From assembly GCA_964450195.1 (NCBI GenBank), contig CAYVCK010000002.1, positions 1 through 31,251 of the forward strand: 31,251 nucleotides of DNA, read 5' to 3'. Under the pieces are notes generated by a model that saw nothing but the letters and a program-made list of their open reading frames with translations, was not told the origin of the DNA and did not search any database. A program made the translations under genes and the position numbers. This document shows positions 1 to 8,178 of the stretch, one piece after another (the stretch's first letter is position 1; the number at the start of each line of letters is the position of its first letter). Source of the DNA: an uncultured Gammaproteobacteria bacterium (GTDB lineage Bacteria; Patescibacteriota; Patescibacteriia; UBA2591; CALHIP01).

Positions 1-2
1 GT

Positions 3-644
3 GACAATCGCAATTTAGCCTGTCTTTTTGTTGAATTTAAGATTTCCGCCCTAAGAAACCTTTCCTTTAAAAAATTCAAAGAAATCTTTTTTGAGAAAAA
101 AAAAGAAAATTCAAAAATCTATTTTGAAGAAATAAGAAAAGATCTTTCCTCTTCAGCCAGAAAATTTTTTGATTATCTTTTTGAAGGTTTGCCACGGAAT
201 ATTCTTTTAACTCTTCAGAGATCCAATTTTTTTTATGGTGAAAGTTGGCATTTTTTGAAAAAGAAAAACTGGTTGCCTTATTTTGACAATCAAAAAGATT
301 TCTACCGAGCAAAAGAGAGAATCGATCATCTTCTTATTCTTAATACGGATCTGGTAGGAGCTTTTAAAAAAATAAAAAGAAAATTCGATTTGATCTATAT
401 TTCAAACATTTTTGAGAGTAAAAAATATTGTCCTGATTTTGAAAAAACCTTTATCCAAATAGATCTTCATCTAAAAGAAAAAGGAGAGGTCCTTATTACC
501 TGCCAAGAATTGCCAAAAAAAATTGTCTCAATTTTTAAAAACTTAGGTTATAATCTCAAAGTGAGGGAACCAAAAAAATCTTTTTTCAGCTACCTATTTT
601 CTCGAACCTATCCCTACTATTATTACCTTTTAAGCAAGAGATAA
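3..644 (+). CDS. 5'-truncated ORF, probable SAM-dependent transferase of DUF3419/BtaA-like type
   Basis: Frame of ORF 189..644 is open from base 3 (DNRNLACLFVEFKISALRNL...). C-terminal KFDLIYISNIFE resembles the SAM-fold strand of DUF3419-like proteins. Family call is from memory. Confidence 0.45.
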   Translation, partial: DNRNLACLFVEFKISALRNLSFKKFKEIFFEKKKENSKIYFEEIRKDLSSSARKFFDYLFEGLPRNILLTLQRSNFFYGESWHFLKKKNWLPYFDNQKDFYRAKERIDHLLILNTDLVGAFKKIKRKFDLIYISNIFESKKYCPDFEKTFIQIDLHLKEKGEVLITCQELPKKIVSIFKNLGYNLKVREPKKSFFSYLFSRTYPYYYYLLSKR

Positions 645-684
645 AAAAGCTAACCTCGATACAGTCAGAAGTTATAGACTTGAG

Positions 685-710
685 AAGACCCTGTAGGTCT
701 TTTTATTTTA
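685..710 (+). terminator. Possible intrinsic terminator
   Basis: AAGACC-ctgta-GGTCTT followed by a T-rich tract, downstream of the first ORF. Confidence 0.35.
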
Positions 711-865
711 AGGTCTGATAAATACGTAAGTTAGACAATCTCTCATCATCATTCTGACCTTAGATCTTTAACCAAAACTCCTGAATGGTTGTGACCAGGT
801 AAAACTCTTGAATATCAAAGACCTTGAATTCTCATTCTATAGCTTCTTTTCTTTTCAAAAATCTT

Positions 866-874
866 TGCTATAAT
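866..874 (+). promoter_or_regulatory. Extended -10 promoter element for tRNA-Ser
   Basis: TGcTATAAT about 40 nt upstream of the tRNA. Confidence 0.5.
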
Positions 875-912
875 TTAAGAAGGAAGGCAACGCTAATTTT
901 AGAGAAATTTAT

Positions 913-997
913 GGAGGGTTGCGCCGAATGGTAAGGCACCAGTCTTGAAAACTGGGGTCCCGCAAGGGACTTAGAGGTTCGAGTCCTCTACCCTCCG
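913..997 (+). tRNA. tRNA-Ser(TGA)
   Basis: GGAGGGT/ACCCTCC acceptor stem, CCAGT-CT TGA AA-ACTGG anticodon arm, long variable arm, TTCGAGT T-loop, G discriminator, no encoded CCA. Confidence 0.97.
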
Positions 998-1148
998 TTC
1001 TAAAAAGAAAAGGTGGGACGAATCCTCCCATCTCCGTTGAACCCAAAAAGTGCTGGGCAAGTCCTCTACCCACCGTTGTATTTCAATTAGAACTAAAAAG
1101 TATAAAATTATAAAAGAAAGGGCGGGGCGAATCCTCTCGCCTCCGCCA
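980..1148 (+). repeat. Three degenerate copies of the tRNA-Ser 3' end downstream of the gene
   Basis: The 20-mer cgagtcctctaccctccgtt (980) recurs at 1019 (15/20), 1058 (18/20) and 1128 (15/20, ending CCA). Confidence 0.75.
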
Positions 1149-1164
1149 ATCTATATTTATAAAC

Positions 1165-2643
1165 ATGAAAATACTTCTCATTTATCCTGAACATCCAGAT
1201 ACATTTTGGAGTTTTAAGTATGCCTTAAAATTTATTTCCAGGAGAGCCAACCTTCCGCCTTTGGGATTATTGACGGTCGCCGCTATACTGCCTAAAGAGT
1301 GGGAGAAAAAACTTGTTGATATGAGAGTGGTGGGGCTAACTGATAGAGATATTAAATGGGCTGATTATGTGTTTATTAGCGCGATGTCGGTTCAGAAGGA
1401 ATCAGTAAAAAAAGTGATTGCCAGGTGTAAAAAATTGGGAGTCAAGATTGTCGCCGGTGGCCCCCTTTTCACAAGTGAATATGAAGACTTTAAGGGGGTG
1501 GATCACCTTGTGCTTAATGAAGCTGAAATTACCTTGCCGCTCTTTATAGAAGATTTAAAAAATGGATGTCCTAAACATATTTACACCTCAAATCAATGGG
1601 CTGATTTAGAAAAGACGCCTATTCCTCTTTGGGAATTAATTGAGATGAAAAAATATAGTTCGATGTGTATTCAGTATTCACGCGGTTGTCCATTTAATTG
1701 TGAATTCTGTGATGTGACTTTGCTTTTTGGACGGAAAATACGCCTAAAAACCAAGGATCAGATATTAGCAGAATTAGAGAGTTTGTATTCACGAGGCTGG
1801 AGAGATAGAGTGTTTATTGTTGATGATAACTTTATTGGAAACAAAGAAATATTAAAAAGGGAGATTCTGCCAGCCATGATTAAGTGGCTTGAGAAAAGAA
1901 AATATTCTTTCTTTTTTAACACTCAGGTATCAATTAATCTTGCTGATGACGAAGAGTTGATGCAAATAATGGTTCAGGCCGGTTTTGATACAGTATTTGT
2001 GGGTATCGAGACTCCTCACGAGGAGAGTTTGGTTGAATGCAGCAAATCCCAGAACAAAAATCGTGATCTAGTTGCTTGTGTTCAAAAAATTCAAAGGGCC
2101 GGTTTGCAAGTTCAAGGGGGGTTTATTGTCGGTTTTGATAGTGACCCGCTCTCAATTTTTGAGCAGCTTATTGCCTTTATTCAAAAAAGCGGTATTGTTA
2201 CCGCCATGGTCGGATTATTAAATGCGCCTCGCGGCACCAGATTACATCAACGGCTTAAAAAGGAGAACCGATTATTAAACGATATTTCTGGCGATAACAC
2301 TGACCTTTCGATCAACTTTGTTCCCAAAATGAATTATGAAGCGCTAATCAATGGTTACAAGAGGGTTGTTCGGACAATTTATTCTCCTAGACATTACTAT
2401 GAACGAATTTTGACACTTTTGAGAAATTTTAAACCTTCACAAAAAAATAAATTCCGATTGCATTTTTACCACCTCGGGGCATTTTTAAAATCTATCTGGT
2501 TATTAGGCATAAAAGGGAAGGGAAGGGTTTACTATTGGAAACTTGTTTTTTGGTCCTTGTTTCGACGGCCACAGCTTCTTCCTTTGGCCGTAACTTTTGC
2601 CATTTACGGCTTCCATTTCCGTAAAATTTTTAGAAATTATTAA
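1165..2643 (+). CDS. B12-binding radical SAM protein (class B methyltransferase-like, probable C-terminal DUF4070; HpnP-like family)
   Basis: N-terminal PPLGLLTVAA cobalamin-binding domain, RGCPFNCEFC CxxxCxxC motif, DDNF and GIET motifs. Confidence 0.88.
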   Translation: MKILLIYPEHPDTFWSFKYALKFISRRANLPPLGLLTVAAILPKEWEKKLVDMRVVGLTDRDIKWADYVFISAMSVQKESVKKVIARCKKLGVKIVAGGPLFTSEYEDFKGVDHLVLNEAEITLPLFIEDLKNGCPKHIYTSNQWADLEKTPIPLWELIEMKKYSSMCIQYSRGCPFNCEFCDVTLLFGRKIRLKTKDQILAELESLYSRGWRDRVFIVDDNFIGNKEILKREILPAMIKWLEKRKYSFFFNTQVSINLADDEELMQIMVQAGFDTVFVGIETPHEESLVECSKSQNKNRDLVACVQKIQRAGLQVQGGFIVGFDSDPLSIFEQLIAFIQKSGIVTAMVGLLNAPRGTRLHQRLKKENRLLNDISGDNTDLSINFVPKMNYEALINGYKRVVRTIYSPRHYYERILTLLRNFKPSQKNKFRLHFYHLGAFLKSIWLLGIKGKGRVYYWKLVFWSLFRRPQLLPLAVTFAIYGFHFRKIFRNY

Positions 2644-2710
2644 ACCTATTTTGTTTCCCTGCCTTATGGCGGGTGGGCAAATAGAATTTAATTAGCCTAA
2701 TTTTAATTAT

Positions 2711-3214
2711 ATGCCCGAAATCAAAAGTGAAAAAAATGACGAACATGGCAAGTTGTTATTAGAGTGGCGGTTTGATGAATACGTTAAATTAAAGCGCGGA
2801 CCAAGTTGGTATATTATTTTCGGCATTCTATTCGTGGCAGTACTGGTTTATTCGATTATCACTCGGAATTTTCTTTTTACTCTGATTTTGATTTTATTGG
2901 TTTTTATTGTGATTGTGCGAACTCGCCAAACGCCCTTAAGGATTGATTTAAAAATTTTTGAGGATGGCGTTAGGGTTGGTTCACGTTTTTATGAGTGGCG
3001 AGACTTAAAAAGTTTTCGGATTGTCTATGAACCGCCTGAGGTTAAACGACTTTATTTTGATCTGCGGTCTTGGCTTTATCCCGATTTTTCCATCTCCCTA
3101 GAAGATCAAAATCCGCTGAAGGTCAGAGAAGTTTTGAAGCAGTATCTGCCTGAAGACCTGACTAAAGAATATGAAACGATTTTTGATAAATTAAACCGCT
3201 GGTTGAAGATCTAG
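2711..3214 (+). CDS. Hypothetical membrane protein (two TM helices plus a PH-like soluble domain), CPR-type
   Basis: 167-aa ORF with hydrophobic segments at about aa 32-72, then DGVRVGSRFYEWRDLKSF. Confidence 0.7.
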   Translation: MPEIKSEKNDEHGKLLLEWRFDEYVKLKRGPSWYIIFGILFVAVLVYSIITRNFLFTLILILLVFIVIVRTRQTPLRIDLKIFEDGVRVGSRFYEWRDLKSFRIVYEPPEVKRLYFDLRSWLYPDFSISLEDQNPLKVREVLKQYLPEDLTKEYETIFDKLNRWLKI

Positions 3215-3358
3215 TCGCCTTGTCCTTGCTACAAATTACGAATGTTCGAGATTTTAAATTCTGGTTTTGAGGATTATTTAGAAATTTCTCCCCGAGACGG
3301 ATTAGCCTCTGGTTGAAGAAATTGAGAATTAAAAATTTTATATTGTGAAACAATGCAG

Positions 3359-3431
3359 GCCTCCATAGTTTAACGGATAAAGCGCCAGGTTGCGGACCTG
3401 GAGATTGCAGGTTCGATTCCTGCTGGAGGCA
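3359..3431 (+). tRNA. tRNA-Arg(GCG)
   Basis: GCCTCCA/TGGAGGC acceptor, CCAGG-TT GCG GA-CCTGG anticodon arm, GCAGG-TTCGATT-CCTGC T arm. Confidence 0.95.
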
Positions 3432-3654
3432 TTTTAAATTTAACCGCTAACCGGTAACAACTTATTTAAATTTGAATTTTGGATTTTGAAATTTGGATTT
3501 GTTAAATGTTAGGTCAATTAGAAATTAGAAATTTTAAACTTTTGGTAGCGGGTTGATTAGATGGGACAAATAAAAATAAAAATAGACACCCTAAATAAGG
3601 GTGTGTTTGTTTTTTGTTTATTGAAGACTTCGAAGTTTTTTTTAATTTATAAAA

Positions 3655-3730
3655 CGGTCCCGACCGGATTCGAACCGGCGATCTTCTCCGTGACAGGGAG
3701 ACGTCATAAACCAGGCTAGACCACGGGACC
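3655..3730 (-). tRNA. tRNA-Asp(GTC)
   Basis: GGTCCCG/CGGGACC acceptor, TCTCC-CT GTC AC-GGAGA anticodon arm, TTCGAAT T-loop. Confidence 0.96.
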
Positions 3731-3804
3731 ATTACAAAATTAAAAATTAAAAATAAAAAATCAAAAATATTCGTAATTTGATAAAATTCGTAATTAGTAG
3801 GTAG

Positions 3805-4149
3805 TTATTTCACAAAATCAATAATTTTTTGAAAGACCTCAGGATGATTTTGGGCTAAATTGGATAGGATTTTTCGATCAAGTTCAATATTTTTTTTCTT
3901 TAAAGTAGCGATAAATTTTGAATAGGTCAAACCAAGCTCTCGGCAGGCGGCATTAATTTGGATTTGCCAGAGCCGACGAAATTCCCCTTTTTTCCTTCTC
4001 CGGTCTCGGTAAGCATGAACGCCAGCCTTTAAGATGGCGGTTTTGGCTAATTTGATTTTTTTCTTTCTGCCCCATTTATAACCTTTAACTTCTTTTAAGA
4101 TATGTTTGCGGTGTTTAAGATGAGCTATACCACGTTTAACTCTGGTCAT
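3805..4149 (-). CDS. rplT: 50S ribosomal protein L20
   Basis: MTRVKRG...KGY...AYRDRRRKKGEFRRLWQIQINAA; position after infC-rpmI. Confidence 0.98.
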   Translation of the reverse strand: MTRVKRGIAHLKHRKHILKEVKGYKWGRKKKIKLAKTAILKAGVHAYRDRRRKKGEFRRLWQIQINAACRELGLTYSKFIATLKKKNIELDRKILSNLAQNHPEVFQKIIDFVK

Positions 4150-4325
4150 AGATGTTTTAAAATAGTTTTAGTAAATGATTTAGAAAATTGATAATCTCGA
4201 CGTTTCTTTCGCGTAATTTTTCCAGATTCTTTAGCATTAAAATGATCACGGCCAGCTTTTTTGGCCCTTATTTTTTTGTTTTTTAGTACCTTAAATCTTT
4301 TGGCAATTGTTTTTTTTGTTTTCAT
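4146..4325 (-). CDS. rpmI: 50S ribosomal protein L35 (not in the ORF track)
   Basis: Manual translation MKTKKTIAKRFKVLKNKKIRAKKAGRDHFNAKESGKITRKKRRDY...; ATGA overlap with rplT. Confidence 0.92.
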   Translation of the reverse strand: MKTKKTIAKRFKVLKNKKIRAKKAGRDHFNAKESGKITRKKRRDYQFSKSFTKTILKHL

Positions 4326-4329
4326 ATCT

Positions 4330-4830
4330 CTAGGTTTTTTTAATAATAACTAAACTTAGTTTTGCTCCTTGTCTACTTAAAGGCGTTTCTATTTTGTAAG
4401 AATCCCCGACTGATTCTAAAAAGTTTTTGATAACTTTTTCAGCCAGATCAGCATGGAGCTTTTCACGACCTTTGAGTCCGAGTTCGATTTTGACCTGGTG
4501 ACCATTTTCTAAAAATTTTTTAGCTTGTCCCGCTTTAAGAGCAATATCGTGTTGACTAGTGCGGAGGGAGAGGCGAACAGTTTTTAATTCGGTTTTTTTA
4601 GACTTCTCTTTCTTCTCTTTTTTAGAGAGTTGATATTTAAACTGGCCAAAATCTAAAATTTTGGCTACCGGCGGTTCGACTTTGGGATCAATTTCCACTA
4701 AATCAAGGCCATTTTCTCTGGCCTTCATTAAGGCTTGATCGGTCGCCGTGATGCCTAAATAACGACCGTTTTCGTCAATCAAACGAACTTTCGGGGCAGT
4801 AATGCGATTGTTTAAACGATAGTACTTCAC
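4330..4830 (-). CDS. infC: Translation initiation factor IF-3
   Basis: NNRITAPKVRLIDENG...DLVEI..PPVAKILDFGQFKY; GTG start. Confidence 0.97.
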   Translation of the reverse strand: MKYYRLNNRITAPKVRLIDENGRYLGITATDQALMKARENGLDLVEIDPKVEPPVAKILDFGQFKYQLSKKEKKEKSKKTELKTVRLSLRTSQHDIALKAGQAKKFLENGHQVKIELGLKGREKLHADLAEKVIKNFLESVGDSYKIETPLSRQGAKLSLVIIKKT

Positions 4831-4946
4831 GAGGTAAAATCAAAAATCAAATCTCAAAAATCAAAAATACAAAAATAAATTAAATGTAAGAGTTTTTTAT
4901 ATTTTAGATTTTATTTTTTATTTTAGCAAAGCTTTAGCTTTGTGAT

Positions 4947-5330
4947 TGGTGGAGGTGAGGGGTATTTCACCCCTGTCTGAGAAAATGTCGGCAAAAACAT
5001 CTACTGCCATAGTTTGGTTGATGTTTCAACAAAGAGGTGAGAACCAAACAAAATCCTCTTCGTCTTAGCCCTGTTTTTTTCGCTATTTAAATCGGGCTCT
5101 TTAAACAGCTTAGCTCGCAATAATGATACCGAAACTGACTAGTAAGCATCATCAGTTCGACGCTCTACTTTAAGCAGCAGAGAAGACAAAAGCTGGTCTA
5201 GCAAATAAATTTGCTAAAACCATTTTTGCTTTACCAAATAAATTGGCATTTATCTTTTTAAGAGAATAAAGCTTCTCTTGGGCTGGCAGCAATTTTTGCC
5301 TTGTTTTTCCGTCGATGATAGAACACCCCC
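4947..5330 (-). ncRNA. ssrA: tmRNA
   Basis: 5' GGGGGTG pairs with 3' CACCTCC-A-CCA; ATCGAC near the 5' end; resume context ATAAAT|GCC; tag ANLFGKAKMVLANLFARPAFVFSAA* at 5247..5170; adjacent to smpB. Confidence 0.93.
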
Positions 5331-5457
5331 ATAAGCCGCCGACGGCGGAAATTTTCAATTTATTTAGAATTTCGAATTTAGAAATTAGATTTAAAGAACT
5401 GATTACTGTGTCTGTTATTTTATTAGGTTTAACATTTCTTAAAAGGACAAAGGATTG

Positions 5458-5910
5458 TTAATATTTTAGTTCTTGTCTTATTTTTCTTTCAACTTCGCGT
5501 TTCTTTATTGTTTCTCTTTTGTCCCATTTTTTCTTACCGCGACAGAGGCCGATTTCGATTTTTATTAATCCTCCTTTAGTATACACCTTCAGGGGGATGG
5601 CTGTCAAGCCCTTTATTCTTGATTTGCCAAGCAAAGAAGCGATCTCTTTCTTTCTTAATAAGAGTTTTCGTGGCTGGGTAGGATTGTAATTTTGTTGTAC
5701 CCCAGCCGCTGGTGGATAGGGACCGATATGCATATTAGTTAACCAGACAATGCCTGCTTTGTCAATGTTAACATAACTGCCGGTCAAATTAACGATTCCC
5801 CCCTTAACCGCTTTGACTTCCGGACCAGAGAGAACAATACCCGCCTCAAAAGTCTCTAAAATTTCGTAGTCAAAATAAGCGCGTTTGTTTTCGGCGATTA
5901 GCATAATCAT
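5458..5910 (-). CDS. smpB: SsrA-binding protein SmpB (true start probably the second ATG, at 5904)
   Basis: IAENKRAYFDYEILETFEAGIVLSGPEVK...KLLL...GKKKWDKRETIK. Confidence 0.98.
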   Translation of the reverse strand: MIMLIAENKRAYFDYEILETFEAGIVLSGPEVKAVKGGIVNLTGSYVNIDKAGIVWLTNMHIGPYPPAAGVQQNYNPTQPRKLLLRKKEIASLLGKSRIKGLTAIPLKVYTKGGLIKIEIGLCRGKKKWDKRETIKKREVERKIRQELKY

Positions 5911-5950
5911 ATTCTACCAACTTGACAAAACTTGACAAATAGATTATATT
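5911..5950. promoter_or_regulatory. Overlapping divergent sigma70 promoters
   Basis: Plus strand: TTGACA(5922)-17-TATATT(5945). Minus strand: TTGTCA(5938)-16-TAGAAT(5916). Both use the tandem CTTGACAAA copies at 5921 and 5931. Confidence 0.65.
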
Positions 5951-5972
5951 AAAAAATAAAAAGGGAGGAGAA

Positions 5973-6206
5973 ATGGTCTGAATTTTAATTGTTATTTGGT
6001 TGATTATCGGTTTTATAGCGCGCTGCCTCTGGAAACATTTCAATATTGTTCGCTGGGGGCCTAGTCATGGAAGAGAGTCCTGGACAAAAGTAGATGAAAT
6101 TATTTCTGACACCGGCGTTGTCTTCGGCTTAGCGTTTCTTTTAATTATTATTTCTCGGCGCATAATTTGGGATAAGAAAGGAATTCCCTGGGGATTGAAA
6201 CTTTAA
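5973..6206 (+). pseudogene. Small two-TM membrane protein with an in-frame TGA at codon 3
   Basis: Strong SD (AGGGAGGAG), then ATG GTC TGA ATT TTA ATT GTT ATT TGG TTG..., in frame with ORF 6000..6206. Confidence 0.6.
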
Positions 6207-6363
6207 AGGAGTATTTATAAAGGGGCATTTGTCCCTTTTCTTTTTCCACAGGTTTTACTTTTATTTTTGAATACGGTATAATACAAAATATCTACTATTA
6301 TGAATAGTTTACAAATATACGAATTCGTATATTAGTAGAGATGAGTATTTAGTAGTCTTTTTT

Positions 6364-7569
6364 ATGCGGATAGGTATTGATTGTCGGACAATTTTAAACC
6401 CAGAAAAAGGAGAGGCGGCTGGTCTTGGTCATTATGTTTATCAATTGGTTCGTCATCTTCTTAAAATTGATGAGAAGAATAATTTTGTTCTGTTTTTTGA
6501 TCGGACCGTTGAGCCGCGTCGGCTTAGTAAATTCCGTAAGCCGAATGTGGTGATTAAGTTTTTCCCCTTTATTCAGTACGCAAAATTTTTATCTTTTGTC
6601 TATAGCCATTATTTGGTTAGCGCTTCTTTGGAAAGAGAAGAATTAGATATTTTTCATTCGCCAACCTTAACTTTACCAACTAATTATAAACATCCATCAG
6701 TAGTTACGGCTCATGATTTAACGCTTTACAAATTTCCTGAACTTTATACTGATAAAGCCTCTTCAATCGCCCGAACCAATATCCCAGAAGTTCTTGAGCG
6801 GGCAAAGAAAATTATCGCTGTTTCTAATTCAACCAAAAAGGACCTGGGAGAACTTTTCGGGATTGCGGCAAGGAAAATACGCGTTATTTATCATGGTCTT
6901 GATAAGCGTTTTTTTAAGTTACAAACTGAGCAAGAAATTGAGGTGGTTAAAAAGAAATATCGGGTTAAAAGAGATTATTTTTTGTTTCTCGGCGAATTTC
7001 ATGCCCGAAAAAATATTTTGAGAATTATTGAAGCCTTTGAGCGCTTAAGAGATAAATTGGTCCGCTGGTCAAAAATAAAAGAAGGGCGTCCTGGCGATGA
7101 AGAACAGAAAGCTGTTTTTTCCAAATTTCAATTGGTTTTAGCTGGTCGGCCGAGTCGGGGGTTTTCTGAAATCCAGAATAAAATTAATAATTCAAAATAC
7201 AAAGATGATATCATTTTACCTGGTTATATTGACCCTGATGATATTAATGCTCTTTATAAGGGAGCAAGGGCTCTCGTTTTTCCTACCTTATATGAAGGTT
7301 TTGGTATGCCGGTTATTGAGGCAATGGCCAACAAGACCCCGGTGATTACCAGTAATGTTTCCTCTCTGCCGGAAATAGCTAAAAGTCGAGCGATTCTAGT
7401 TGATCCTTATAATGTGGCTGAGATTGCTCAAGCGATGTTTGATTGTTTAATGAACGTTAATCTTTGTCGAGAAATTACTCGGGCTGGTTATGAATGGGCG
7501 AGAAATTTTTCTTGGGAAAAATGCGCTCAAGAAACTTTAAATCTTTATCAAGAAGTCGCTAAATTATAA
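6364..7569 (+). CDS. Glycosyltransferase family 4 (GT-B)
   Basis: MRIGIDCR start, VVTAHDL, FPTLYEGFGMPVIEAMA (EX7E) and SSLPEI motifs. Confidence 0.95.
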   Translation: MRIGIDCRTILNPEKGEAAGLGHYVYQLVRHLLKIDEKNNFVLFFDRTVEPRRLSKFRKPNVVIKFFPFIQYAKFLSFVYSHYLVSASLEREELDIFHSPTLTLPTNYKHPSVVTAHDLTLYKFPELYTDKASSIARTNIPEVLERAKKIIAVSNSTKKDLGELFGIAARKIRVIYHGLDKRFFKLQTEQEIEVVKKKYRVKRDYFLFLGEFHARKNILRIIEAFERLRDKLVRWSKIKEGRPGDEEQKAVFSKFQLVLAGRPSRGFSEIQNKINNSKYKDDIILPGYIDPDDINALYKGARALVFPTLYEGFGMPVIEAMANKTPVITSNVSSLPEIAKSRAILVDPYNVAEIAQAMFDCLMNVNLCREITRAGYEWARNFSWEKCAQETLNLYQEVAKL

Positions 7570-7613
7570 TTTGAGACTGTTGAATAATTTCAACATTTTA
7601 AATTTATAAATAT

Positions 7614-8066
7614 ATGGAGAATTTAGAAGTTGAATCTCAAGAGACCCCAAAAAAAGAGGAGCCTTTTAAATGTTGGGGAAAGAAAAAGTGTTGTTTTTGC
7701 TGTGTTTTACTGATTATTATTGTTTTGTTTGCTATTGGTCTGCTTTTTTACTATTGTCCTTGGCGAATTGATTTTGGTAAAGGCCAAGATTGGCAAGCTG
7801 TATTTCTGGCTAACGGGCGAGCTTATTTTGGTAAAATTGTTAAAGAGAATAAAGAGGTGATTGTTTTGCAAGAGGTTTATTATCTGAAAGAACTGCCTGC
7901 TTCTTCGGCTGAGGAAATTGGCCCTCAATTAACTTTGGCGAGGTGGCGTGATGAACTTCATGGCCCGGCAGACGAGATGAGGATCAATAAAAGTCTTGTT
8001 CTTTTTGTTGAAGTTTTGAGGGCTGATTCCGAAGTGGTAAAAACCATTGAGACATTAAAAAAATAA
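7614..8066 (+). CDS. Conserved CPR-type single-TM protein with a small beta-rich domain
   Basis: Cys-rich segment and TM helix, then WQAVFLANGRAYFGKI...VYYL...ELHGPADEMRIN..VLFVE. Confidence 0.7.
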   Translation: MENLEVESQETPKKEEPFKCWGKKKCCFCCVLLIIIVLFAIGLLFYYCPWRIDFGKGQDWQAVFLANGRAYFGKIVKENKEVIVLQEVYYLKELPASSAEEIGPQLTLARWRDELHGPADEMRINKSLVLFVEVLRADSEVVKTIETLKK

Positions 8067-8178
8067 AAGATAAATCGTAACCACCAACCAATTTGCTATA
8101 AGAGTTTCTCTTATTTTTTGGAAATTGATGCTAATTGATGCTAATATACGAATTGATACCAATAAATATAAAATATTT

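Noticed and set aside
980-1148. CRISPR array (39-bp periodicity)
   Set aside because: The units are degenerate tRNA 3' ends, the inter-repeat gaps are too short and partly similar, and there are no cas genes in the window.
3514-3732. ORFs overlapping tRNA-Asp, and those at 15238-15525 overlapping tRNA-Leu
   Set aside because: They are translations of tRNA and repeat sequence with no protein features.
4828-4842. AUU autoregulatory start codon of infC
   Set aside because: The nearby ATT is out of frame and an in-frame TGA lies four codons upstream, so GTG 4830 is the start.
5170-5358. 62-aa ORF on the minus strand
   Set aside because: It is the tmRNA body; only the last 25 codons are the tag frame.
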